DNA of 16,415 nucleotides from a virus (Duplodnaviria; Heunggongvirae; Uroviricota; Caudoviricetes): IMG/VR virus record IMGVR_UViG_2690316243_000005; one strand, 5' to 3'. Shown piece by piece: positions 1 to 7,989 of this stretch (position 1 is its first letter; each line of letters starts with the position of its first letter). The notes under the pieces were generated by a model. It saw only the letters and a program-made list of their open reading frames with translations, ran no database searches and was not told where the DNA came from. The position numbers and the translations under genes were made by a program.

Positions 1-34
1 GGCGAATTACCGTCTTATATCACTGGCGCTGACA
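1..34 (-). mobile_element. IS21-family terminal inverted repeat (outermost 34 nt); element body lies left of the window
   Basis: Positions 1-34 are the exact reverse complement of 13419-13452 (TGTCAGCGCCAGTGATATAAGACGGTAATTCGCC), which sits ~100 nt upstream of an IstA-like ORF start. Identity stops exactly at 34/35. Confidence 0.6.
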
Positions 35-109
35 TCTCCGGATGACGGGGGCAGCTGTTATCTCTGGCTCAACCGTGGGCAACCACCCGCAGTTAACCGG
101 CGACGATAA
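35..109 (+). pseudogene. FII: 3' remnant of tail-completion gene FII (last 24 codons plus stop), 5' part displaced by the IS21 end
   Basis: Frame-2 translation SPDDGGSCYLWLNRGQPPAVNRRR* resembles the lambda gpFII C-terminus as I recall it; stop lies 14 nt before the Z start, as in lambda. Confidence 0.5.
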
Positions 110-123
110 ACGCAGGGTGAATT

Positions 124-699
124 ATGGCGATAAAAGGGCTTGATCAGGCGATTGACAATCTGAGCCGGGTTCGTAAAAACGCCATTCCGGCTGCTTCTGC
201 AATGACCATTAACCGCGTGGCCACAACGGCGATTAATCAGTCTTCGTCACAGGTTGCCCGGGAAACCAGGGTGAGACGGAAACTGGTAAAGGAACGGTCC
301 AGACTGAAACGGGCGACGGTCAGAAATCCGAATGCCAGAATTATCGTTAACCGCGGTGATCTCCCTGTGATTAAGCTGGGGATCAGAATGCTGGGGCGTC
401 GTCCGAACAGCATACTCAAAGCCGGTCAGCATCGTTATCAGCGGGCATTTATCCAGCGATTAAATAATGGGCGCTGGCATGTTATGCAACGTCTTCCCCA
501 GGCCAGATATGAGGAGGGCAATGACGACAAGGGAAGGAAAAAGCGTAATCGCCTTCCCATTCAGGTGGTGAAAATCCCGATGGCGGCCCCACTGAAACAG
601 GCATTTGATGAGAATGTTGACCGTATCCGGCGTGAACGCCTGCCTAAAGAACTGGCATACGCGCTGAAACAACAACTGAGGATTGCGATAAAACGATGA
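124..699 (+). CDS. Z: Tail completion protein Z
   Basis: 191-aa ORF; N-terminus MAIKGL..NLSR and C-terminus RRERLPKEL..QLR..IKR match recalled lambda gpZ; stop overlaps the U start (ATGA). Confidence 0.9.
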   Translation: MAIKGLDQAIDNLSRVRKNAIPAASAMTINRVATTAINQSSSQVARETRVRRKLVKERSRLKRATVRNPNARIIVNRGDLPVIKLGIRMLGRRPNSILKAGQHRYQRAFIQRLNNGRWHVMQRLPQARYEEGNDDKGRKKRNRLPIQVVKIPMAAPLKQAFDENVDRIRRERLPKELAYALKQQLRIAIKR

Positions 700-1091
700 A
701 ACACACTGACATTCGTGCCGCAGTGCTGGATGCACTCGAGCAGCATGAACACGGGGCGACGCTGTTTGATGGTCGCCCCGTTGTTTTTGACGAAGAGGAT
801 TTTCCTGCGATCGCGGTTTATCTGACGGATGCAGAGTATACCGGTGAAGAGCTGGATGCAGATACCTGGCGGGCCACACTGCATATTGAGGTGTTTTTAC
901 CGGCACAGGTACCTGATTCGGAGCTCGATCAGTGGATGGAAAGCCGGATTTATCCGGCGATGACTGCGATCCCTGCACTGGCAGGACTGATTACCACGAT
1001 GGTTACGCAGGGCTATGAGTATCGTCGTGATGACGATATGGCGTTATGGAGCTCTGCGGATCTGACTTATTCCATTACATACGAGATGTGA
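696..1091 (+). CDS. U: Tail tube terminator protein U
   Basis: 131-aa ORF, same length as lambda gpU; [13 protein letters not shown]...SSADLTY.ITYEM matches recalled gpU. Confidence 0.9.
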   Translation: MKHTDIRAAVLDALEQHEHGATLFDGRPVVFDEEDFPAIAVYLTDAEYTGEELDADTWRATLHIEVFLPAQVPDSELDQWMESRIYPAMTAIPALAGLITTMVTQGYEYRRDDDMALWSSADLTYSITYEM

Positions 1092-1098
1092 GGACGAT

Positions 1099-1851
1099 AT
1101 GGCAACACCAAATCCCCTGGAGCCGGTAAAAGGTGCCGGTACCACTCTGTGGGTTTACAACGGCAAGGCTGATGCTTATGCAAACCCGTTGTCAGACGAT
1201 GACTGGCAGCGACTGGCTAAGGTGAAGGATCTGACGCCGGGCGAGATGACGGCTGAATCCTATGATGATAACTACCTGGATGATGAAGACGCGGACTGGA
1301 GCGCGACCGGGCAGGGGCAGAAATCTGCAGGTGATACCAGTTTTACGCTGGCCTGGAAACCGGGAGAGGAAGGCCAGAAAGGGCTTATAGGCTGGTTTGA
1401 AAGCGGCGATGTCCGGGCCTATAAAATCCGTTTTCCGAATGGCACGGTGGATGTGTTTCGTGGCTGGGTCAGCAGTATCGGTAAGGCCGTGACGGCGAAA
1501 GAAGTGATCACCCGCACGGTGAAAGTCACTAACGTGGGTAAACCTTCTGTAGCGGAAGAACGCAGCAAAATTACGCCGGTCAGTGCGATTAAGGTGACGC
1601 CGACATCCGGTACGGTGGCAAAAGGGAAAACAACCACCCTGACGGTTTCTTTTGAGCCGGAAAGTGCAACCGACAAGACGTTCAGAGCGGTTTCCGCCGA
1701 TCCGTCGAAAGCCACCATTAGTGTGAAAGATATGACAATTACGGTAAACGGCGTGGCGACAGGTAAGGTGCAGATCCCTGTGGTGAGCGGAAATGGTCAG
1801 TTCGCCGCAGTGGCTGAAGTCACCGTTACTGAAGCGGGCGCTGCAGGGTAA
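1099..1851 (+). CDS. V: Major tail tube protein V with C-terminal Ig-like (Big_2-type) domain
   Basis: 250-aa ORF at the position of lambda V; Thr/Val-rich C-terminal ~90 aa ([24 protein letters not shown]...) typical of the V Ig-like domain. Confidence 0.9.
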   Translation: MATPNPLEPVKGAGTTLWVYNGKADAYANPLSDDDWQRLAKVKDLTPGEMTAESYDDNYLDDEDADWSATGQGQKSAGDTSFTLAWKPGEEGQKGLIGWFESGDVRAYKIRFPNGTVDVFRGWVSSIGKAVTAKEVITRTVKVTNVGKPSVAEERSKITPVSAIKVTPTSGTVAKGKTTTLTVSFEPESATDKTFRAVSADPSKATISVKDMTITVNGVATGKVQIPVVSGNGQFAAVAEVTVTEAGAAG

Positions 1852-1864
1852 ACGGAGGTAATAC

Positions 1865-2296
1865 ATGTTTCTGAAAACAGAACAATTTGAATATAACGGT
1901 GTGTCTGTCACGCTTTCCGAATTGTCTGCGCTGCAGCGTATCGAGCATCTTGCCCTCCTGAAACGGCGTGCAGAACAGGCAGAATCCAGCGGCAACCTGC
2001 AGGTAAGCGTGGAAGATCTCGTCAGAACCGGCGCGTTTCTGGTGGCGATGTCCCTGTGGCATAACCATCCACAGAAAACGCAGTCACCGTCAATGAATGA
2101 GGCCGTGATGAAGATAGAGCAGGAAGTGCTCACCACCTGGCCTGCCGATGCCATTGCCCGGGCGGAAGACGTGGTGTTGTGCCTGTCCGGGATGATCGAA
2201 GCTGTTCGTCCGGATACTGATATTACTGAAGTGGCGAAAAATAACACGCTGACTGATGATGATTTTTCTGCGGGAAAGTCTTCGACGGCGAGCTGA
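1865..2296 (+). CDS. G: Tail assembly chaperone G
   Basis: 143-aa ORF immediately after V; slippery heptamer sits 6 codons before its stop. Confidence 0.9.
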   Translation: MFLKTEQFEYNGVSVTLSELSALQRIEHLALLKRRAEQAESSGNLQVSVEDLVRTGAFLVAMSLWHNHPQKTQSPSMNEAVMKIEQEVLTTWPADAIARAEDVVLCLSGMIEAVRPDTDITEVAKNNTLTDDDFSAGKSSTAS

Positions 2297-2736
2297 ACTT
2301 TGCCCTCAGACTGGCGCGTGAGATGGGGAGACCCGACTGGCGCGCCATGCTTGCCGGGATGACATCCACCGAATATGCCGACTGGCACCGTTTTTACCGC
2401 ACGCATTATTTTCAGGATACCCAGCTGGATATGCATTTTTCCGGGCTGACGTACGCTGTACTCAGCCTGTTTTTTTGCGATCCGGATATGCATCCCTCTG
2501 ATTTCAGTCTGCTTGTCCCCCGGCATGAGGAAGAGCAGGTGGAGAGGCCGGATGAGGACAAAATGCTGATGCAGAAAGCGGCAGGACTTGCCGGAGGCGT
2601 CCGGTTCGGTGGGGACGGAGGGCGCGATATTTTATCGTCTGCGGATGTGGCGGATGTCATGGTGGATGATGCCGCATTAATGATGGCTTCAGCGGGGATT
2701 CCGGGAGGTGTGAGATATGTCCCAGCCGGTTGGTGA
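1865..2736 (+). CDS. T: Tail assembly chaperone G-T fusion made by programmed -1 ribosomal frameshift
   Basis: G is frame 2 and the T ORF (track 2323..2736) is frame 1; the T frame is open back to the slip site (GKVFDGELNFALRLAREMGRPDW...). The shift direction is -1. Confidence 0.8.
2272..2278 (+). promoter_or_regulatory. Slippery heptamer G GGA AAG for the G-T -1 frameshift
   Basis: Codons GGA (2273-2275) and AAG (2276-2278) in the G frame form the X XXY YYZ pattern, same heptamer as the lambda G-T site. Confidence 0.8.
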
Positions 2737-5290
2737 TCTTGTTATTGACCTGAGTCTGGATGCTGTCCGTTTCGATGAGCAGATGAGCCGGGTAAGGCGT
2801 CATTTTTCAGGTCTGGATACCGACGCCAGAAAAACCGCCAGTGCTGTTGAACAGGGCCTGAGCCGCCAGGCGCTGGCTGCACAAAAAGCCGGGATTTCCG
2901 TCGGGCAGTATAAAGCGGCCATGCGAACCCTGCCCGCACAGTTTACGGATATCGCCACGCAGCTTGCCGGTGGTCAGAATCCCTGGCTGATCCTGCTGCA
3001 ACAGGGCGGTCAGGTGAAGGACTCCTTCGGCGGGATGATCCCCATGTTCAGGGGGCTTGCCGATGCGATCACCCTGCCGATGGTCGGGGTCACCTCGCTG
3101 GCGGTGGCGACAGGTGCACTGGTGTACGCCTGGTACCAGGGAGATTCCACGCTTTCAGCGTTTAATAAAACCCTGGTTCTTTCCGGTAATCAGTCCGGAC
3201 TGACTGCCGATCGTATGCTGACTCTCTCAAGAGCCGGGCAGGCAGCAGGGCTGACGTTTAACCAGGCGAGAGAGTCACTGGCAGCCCTGGTGAATGCCGG
3301 TGTGCGTGGTGGTGAACAGTTTGATGCCATCAACCAGAGTGTCGCGCGTTTTGCGTCTGCATCCGGTGTGGAGGTGGATAAAGTCGCTGAAGCCTTCGGG
3401 AAGCTGACCACTGACCCGACGTCGGGACTGATGGCGATGGCGCGCCAGTTCCGTAACGTGACGGCAGAGCAGATTGCGTATGTTGCACAGCTGCAGCGTT
3501 CCGGAGACGAGGCCGGGGCATTGCAGGCGGCGAACGATATCGCCACGAAAGGCTTTGATGAGCAGACCCGTCGCCTGAAAGAAAACATGGGAACACTGGA
3601 GACCTGGGCGGATAAAACAGGGAAGGCATTCAAATCGATGTGGGATGCCATTCTGGATATCGGTCGTCCGGAATCCTCAGCGGATATGCTCGCCAGTGCG
3701 CAGAAGGCATTTGATGAGGCGGATAAAAAATGGCAGTGGTACCAGAGTCGGAGCCAGCGCCGCGGTAAAACCTCCTCTTTCCGGGCCAACCTTCAGGGCG
3801 CATGGGATGACCGGGAAAATGCCCGTCTGGGTCTGGCAGCGGCAACGCTGCAGTCGGATATGGAAAAAGCCGGTGAACTGGCGGCAAGGGACAGGGCTGA
3901 GCGTGAGTCGTCACAGCTGAAGTATACCGGAGAGGCGCAGAAGGCGTATGAGCGCCTGCTGACGCCACTGGAGAAATATACCGCCCGGCAGGAAGAGCTG
4001 AATAAGGCCCTGAAAGACGGGAAAATCCTGCAGGCGGATTACAACACGCTGATGGCGTCGGCAAAAAAGGATTATGAGTCGACGCAGAAAAAGCCGTCCG
4101 GTGTGAAGGTGTCTGCCGGTGAGCGCCAGGAAGACCAGGCGCATGCAGCCCTGCTGGCGCTTGAAACTGAGCTCAGGACGCTGGAGAAGCACAGCGGTGC
4201 GAATGAAAAAATCAGCCAGCAGCGCCGTGATTTATGGAAAGCGGAAAATCAGTATGTGGTCCTGAAAGAGGCCGCCACGAAACGGCAGTTATCTGAGCAG
4301 GAAAAATCCCTGCTGGCCCATGAGAAAGAAACGCTGGAGTACAAACGCCAGCTGGCTGAGCTGGGCGACAAGATTGAACACCAGAAACGGCTGAATGAGC
4401 TGGCACAGCAGGCGGCGCGGTTTGAACAGCAGCAGAGCGCGAAGCAGGCGGCAATCAGCGCAAAAGCCCGCGGACTCACCGACCGTCAGGCGCAGCGGGA
4501 GTCGGAAGAGCAGCGCCTTCGTGAGGTGTACGGTGATAATCCGGCTGCGCTGGCGAAGGCCACATCTGCACTGAAGAACACCTGGTCTGCGGAGGAGCAG
4601 CTTCGTGGAAGCTGGATGGCCGGGATGAAGTCCGGCTGGGGCGAGTGGGCGGAAAGTGCGACGGACAGTTTTTCGCAGGTTAAAAACGCGGCCACGCAGA
4701 CCTTTGACGGTATTGCACAGAATATGGCAGCGATGCTGATCGGCAGCGAACAGAACTGGCGTGGTTTCACCCGTTCTGTGCTGTCCATGCTGACAGAGAT
4801 TTTTCTGAAGCAGGCGATGGTGGGGATAGTCGGGAGTATCGGCAGCGCCATTGGCGGTGCTTTCGGTGGTGGTGCGTCTGCCTCCACGGGGACGGCCATT
4901 CAGGCTGCGGCGGCGAACTTCCATTTCGCGACCGGGGGATTTACGGGGACGGGGGGTAAATATGAACCTGCGGGGATTGTTCATCGCGGGGAGTTTGTCT
5001 TCACGAAGGAGGCGACCAGCCGGATTGGTGTCGGCAATCTGTACCGCCTGATGCGGGGCTATGCGGAAGGTGGTTATGTCGGCGGTGCCGGAAGTCCGGC
5101 GCAGATGCGGCGGGCGGAAGGCATTAATTTTAATCAGAACAATCACGTGGTGATTCAGAACGACGGCCCCAACGGGCGGGCAGGGCCGCAGCTGATGAAA
5201 GCGGTGTATGAGATGGCCCGCAAGGGGGCACAGGATGAACTCCGGCTGCAGTTGCGTGATGGCGGTATGTTATCAGGGAGCGGTGGATGA
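2717..5290 (+). CDS. H: Tail tape measure protein H
   Basis: 857-aa ORF (lambda gpH is ~853 aa); coiled-coil-like charged central region and Gly-rich C-terminal segment; start overlaps the T end by 20 nt. Confidence 0.95.
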   Translation: MSQPVGDLVIDLSLDAVRFDEQMSRVRRHFSGLDTDARKTASAVEQGLSRQALAAQKAGISVGQYKAAMRTLPAQFTDIATQLAGGQNPWLILLQQGGQVKDSFGGMIPMFRGLADAITLPMVGVTSLAVATGALVYAWYQGDSTLSAFNKTLVLSGNQSGLTADRMLTLSRAGQAAGLTFNQARESLAALVNAGVRGGEQFDAINQSVARFASASGVEVDKVAEAFGKLTTDPTSGLMAMARQFRNVTAEQIAYVAQLQRSGDEAGALQAANDIATKGFDEQTRRLKENMGTLETWADKTGKAFKSMWDAILDIGRPESSADMLASAQKAFDEADKKWQWYQSRSQRRGKTSSFRANLQGAWDDRENARLGLAAATLQSDMEKAGELAARDRAERESSQLKYTGEAQKAYERLLTPLEKYTARQEELNKALKDGKILQADYNTLMASAKKDYESTQKKPSGVKVSAGERQEDQAHAALLALETELRTLEKHSGANEKISQQRRDLWKAENQYVVLKEAATKRQLSEQEKSLLAHEKETLEYKRQLAELGDKIEHQKRLNELAQQAARFEQQQSAKQAAISAKARGLTDRQAQRESEEQRLREVYGDNPAALAKATSALKNTWSAEEQLRGSWMAGMKSGWGEWAESATDSFSQVKNAATQTFDGIAQNMAAMLIGSEQNWRGFTRSVLSMLTEIFLKQAMVGIVGSIGSAIGGAFGGGASASTGTAIQAAAANFHFATGGFTGTGGKYEPAGIVHRGEFVFTKEATSRIGVGNLYRLMRGYAEGGYVGGAGSPAQMRRAEGINFNQNNHVVIQNDGPNGRAGPQLMKAVYEMARKGAQDELRLQLRDGGMLSGSGG

Positions 5291-5616
5291 AAACCTTTCG
5301 CTGGAAAGTGAAGCCGGATATGGAGGTGAACTCGCAGCCATCGGTGCGTGAAGTGCGTTTTGGTGACGGGTACTCACAGCGTATGGCGGCAGGGCTGAAT
5401 GCTGACCTGAAAACATACAGGGTGACGCTTTCCGTGACCCGGGAGGAGGCCCGGCATCTGGAAGCGTTCCTGGCAGAGCACGGTGGCTGGAAGGCATTTT
5501 TGTGGAAGCCACCCTATGCATACCGGCAGATAAAGGTGACCTGTGCCGGGTGGTCTGCGCGGGTCGGGATGTTGCGCGTTGAGTTCAGCGCGGAGTTTAA
5601 GCAGGTGGTGAACTGA
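5287..5616 (+). CDS. M: Minor tail protein M
   Basis: 109-aa ORF, same length as lambda gpM; start overlaps H stop (ATGA), stop overlaps L start. Confidence 0.9.
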   Translation: MKTFRWKVKPDMEVNSQPSVREVRFGDGYSQRMAAGLNADLKTYRVTLSVTREEARHLEAFLAEHGGWKAFLWKPPYAYRQIKVTCAGWSARVGMLRVEFSAEFKQVVN

Positions 5617-6314
5617 TGCAGGATATTCGCGAAGAAAGTCTGAACGAGTCGGTTAAGTCAGAGCAGTCACCGCGGGTGGTACTCTGGGAAATCGACCTGA
5701 CGGTACAGGGTGGTGAGCGGTATTTTTTCTGTAATGAGCTGAATGAAAAAGGGGAGCCGGTCACCTGGCAGGGGCGTAAGTATGAGGCATACCCGATTGA
5801 CGGCAGCGGCTTTGAGATGAACGGCCGGGGCAGCAGTGCCAGACCGTCGCTGACGGTGTCCAATCTGTTCGGTCTGGTCACCGGGATGGCGGAAGACCTG
5901 CAGAGTCTGGTGGGGGCCACGGTGGTCCGCCGCCGGGTGTATGCCCGTTTTCTGGATGCGGTGAATTTCGTTGCGGGCAATCCGGAGGCGGACCCGGAGC
6001 AGGAGCTGAGTGACCGCTGGGTGGTGGAGCAGATGTCGCAGCTGACAGCCATGACGGCCTCGTTTGTGCTGGCTACACCGACCGAGACGGACGGGGCGCT
6101 GTTTCCCGGTCGCATCATGCTGGCGAACACCTGTATGTGGGATTACCGGGGAGATGAATGCGGGTATAACGGTCCTGCGGTGGCGGATGAGTTCGACAAC
6201 CCCACCACGGATATCCGTAAGGACAGATGCAGCAAGTGCATGCGCGGGTGTGAACTGCGCAGGAATGTCGGCAATTTTGGCGGTTTCCTTTCCATTAATA
6301 AACTTTCGCAGTAA
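5616..6314 (+). CDS. L: Minor tail protein L (Fe-S cluster-binding type)
   Basis: 232-aa ORF, same length as lambda gpL; C-terminal Cys cluster (CMWDYRGDECGY ... RCSKCMRGC). Confidence 0.9.
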   Translation: MQDIREESLNESVKSEQSPRVVLWEIDLTVQGGERYFFCNELNEKGEPVTWQGRKYEAYPIDGSGFEMNGRGSSARPSLTVSNLFGLVTGMAEDLQSLVGATVVRRRVYARFLDAVNFVAGNPEADPEQELSDRWVVEQMSQLTAMTASFVLATPTETDGALFPGRIMLANTCMWDYRGDECGYNGPAVADEFDNPTTDIRKDRCSKCMRGCELRRNVGNFGGFLSINKLSQ

Positions 6315-6324
6315 ATCCCGGTTT

Positions 6325-7068
6325 ATGACACAGACTGAATCAGCGATTCTGGCACATGCCCGGCGGTGTGCGCCTGCGGAGTCGTGCGGCTTCGTGATAA
6401 GCACGCCGGAGGGGGAGCGGTATATCCCTTGTGTGAATATTTCCGCAGAGCCGGAGGCGTATTTTCGTATCGCACCGGAAGACTGGCTGCGGGCAGAGAT
6501 GCAGGGGGAGATTGTGGCACTGGTCCACAGTCATCCCGGTGGGCTGCCCTGGCTGAGCGAGGCTGACCGGCGGTTGCAGATAAAAAGCGCACTGCCCTGG
6601 TGGTTGGTCTGCCGGGGTGACATTCACAAATTCCGCTGTGTGCCACATCTGACAGGACGGCGCTTTGAGCACGGGGTGACGGACTGTTACACGCTGTTCC
6701 GGGATGCTTATCATCTGGCGGGGACTGAAATGCCGGATTTTCATCGCGAGGATGACTGGTGGCGCAACGGTCAGAACCTTTACCTGGACAATATGGCGGT
6801 CACCGGCTTTTACCGGGTGCCCCTGTCCTCTGCACAGGCGGGCGATATTCTGCTGTGCTGCTTTGGTGCTTCGGTACCGAACCATGCCGCCATTTACTGC
6901 GGCAACGGTGAGCTGCTTCACCATCTGCCTGAACAACTGAGTAAACGGGAGAGGTATTCCGAAAAATGGCAACGACGAACGCATTCAGTCTGGCGTCACC
7001 GCCACTGGCACGCATCTGCCTTCACGGGGATTTACAACGATTTGGCCGCCGCCTCAGCCTGTATGTGA
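6325..7068 (+). CDS. K: Tail assembly protein K (JAMM/MPN metalloprotease plus NlpC/P60 domains)
   Basis: Start set at ATG 6325 (MTQTESAILAHARR), not the track start 6064, which is in L and has no RBS logic. HSHPGGLPWLSEAD is a JAMM-type H-x-H...S..D motif; downstream Cys/His fit NlpC/P60. Overlaps I by 103 nt in another frame. Confidence 0.85.
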   Translation: MTQTESAILAHARRCAPAESCGFVISTPEGERYIPCVNISAEPEAYFRIAPEDWLRAEMQGEIVALVHSHPGGLPWLSEADRRLQIKSALPWWLVCRGDIHKFRCVPHLTGRRFEHGVTDCYTLFRDAYHLAGTEMPDFHREDDWWRNGQNLYLDNMAVTGFYRVPLSSAQAGDILLCCFGASVPNHAAIYCGNGELLHHLPEQLSKRERYSEKWQRRTHSVWRHRHWHASAFTGIYNDLAAASACM

Positions 7069-7646
7069 ACACGGCAGCGGAAGCCATTCGCGCCCTGTCG
7101 ATGCAGATGCCGGGCTTTCGCCGTCAGATGAACGAAGGCTGGTACCAGATACGTATTGCCGGTTATGACACGGCACCGGAGGCGGTGTACGCCCGTCTTC
7201 ACGAACAGCTGGGTGAGGGAACGGTCATCCACATTGTGCCGCGACTGGCCGGGGCCGGAAAGGGTGGACTGCAGATTGTGCTGGGGGCGGCAGCCATCGT
7301 GGGCTCTTTCTTCACTGCCGGGGCATCAATGGCGTTATGGGGTTCAGCCCTGGCAGCCGGTGGTTTTTCTGCCACCACGATGCTGTTTTCACTTGGAGCC
7401 AGCATGATTCTGGGCGGTGTGGCCCAGATGCTGGCCCCGAAGGCAAAAACACCGGATTACCGCGCAACGGATAACGGCAGGCAGAACACGTACTTTTCCT
7501 CACTGGATAACATGATTGCCCAGGGGAACCCGATGCCGGTGCCTTACGGGGAAATGCTGGTTGGCTCCCGCCGTATATCCCAGGACATCAGCACCCGTGA
7601 TGAAGGCGGGGGCGGAAAGGTCGTGGTTATCGGGCGGCAGGGGTAA
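6966..7646 (+). CDS. I: Tail assembly protein I
   Basis: 226-aa ORF; LASP..ARICL.GDLQRFGRR ... hydrophobic Gly/Ala-rich middle ... NTYFSSLDNM motif match recalled lambda gpI. Confidence 0.9.
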   Translation: MATTNAFSLASPPLARICLHGDLQRFGRRLSLYVNTAAEAIRALSMQMPGFRRQMNEGWYQIRIAGYDTAPEAVYARLHEQLGEGTVIHIVPRLAGAGKGGLQIVLGAAAIVGSFFTAGASMALWGSALAAGGFSATTMLFSLGASMILGGVAQMLAPKAKTPDYRATDNGRQNTYFSSLDNMIAQGNPMPVPYGEMLVGSRRISQDISTRDEGGGGKVVVIGRQG

Positions 7647-7651
7647 AAAGA

Positions 7652-7692
7652 ATAAAAAAATCCCGCAGTGATCGCGGACAGGAACTGCGGGA
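7652..7692 (-). terminator. Rho-independent terminator on the minus strand
   Basis: Stem 7661-7669 (tcccgcagt) pairs with 7684-7692 (actgcggga); 14-nt loop; + strand A7 run at 7654-7660 gives U7 on the minus transcript. Confidence 0.5.
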
Positions 7693-7750
7693 GAGTTACG
7701 AAGATTAAGTGTAAGGAATTATTCTTATATCACGACAAAAAAATTAACGC
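7653..7750 (-). ncRNA. Candidate small RNA (~100 nt) in the I-J insert, bounded by its own promoter and intrinsic terminator
   Basis: Minus strand reads TTCACA - 16 nt - TATAAT, then ~98 nt, then a 9-bp hairpin and U7 tract. No RBS-led ORF fits between promoter and terminator. Ends are approximate. Confidence 0.35.
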
Positions 7751-7756
7751 AGAGAA

Positions 7757-7784
7757 ATTATACGCGCCACAGTCAGTTTGTGAA
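7757..7784 (-). promoter_or_regulatory. Sigma70-type promoter on the minus strand (-35 TTCACA, 16-nt spacer, -10 TATAAT)
   Basis: On the + strand: attata at 7757-7762 (= TATAAT) and tgtgaa at 7779-7784 (= TTCACA); A/T-rich stretch just upstream (7785-7810). Confidence 0.4.
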
Positions 7785-7856
7785 AATGTGAAGATATTCA
7801 GAATTTTTATGCCATTACCGGTTTTAACCAACAGGATTATCGGTGGGCATGAAAGA

Positions 7857-7892
7857 AAACCCCGGTATCTGCTGATACCGGGGTTTCTCTTT
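7857..7892. terminator. Strong hairpin with U-rich flanks on both sides, possible bidirectional terminator
   Basis: 13-bp perfect stem aaaccccggtatc / gataccggggttt with 4-nt loop tgct; followed by tttctcttt on + and ttttctttc on -. Confidence 0.4.
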
Positions 7893-7989
7893 AGCATGGC
7901 AGAAATGTGTTTCATGCTTTTCGGGCGAAGGATATCCGACTTCTGTACGGAATGGCAAGTGGCGGTTAATTTATTCAGGGGAAGGCTGT

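Noticed and set aside
1192-2526. 444-aa ORF on the minus strand spanning V, G and T
   Set aside because: Antisense to three well-supported tail genes, Arg/Cys-rich composition typical of a GC-rich antisense frame, no start context.
3190-5146. Several minus-strand ORFs inside H (3190..3789, 3630..4064, 4289..5146, 4486..4899)
   Set aside because: All lie within and antisense to the tape-measure gene, whose + frame is continuous.
6064-6324. Track start of the K ORF at 6064, giving a 334-aa protein
   Set aside because: The first 87 codons overlap L in another frame and are Arg/Cys-rich; recognisable K sequence begins at ATG 6325, just after the L stop.
7653-7750. Whether the candidate sRNA is a known prophage-encoded regulatory RNA (for example a target-mimic anti-sRNA of the kind described in enterohaemorrhagic E. 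coli prophages)
   Set aside because: I cannot recall those sequences well enough to match and I see no obvious CA-rich mimic motif; left unassigned, not named.
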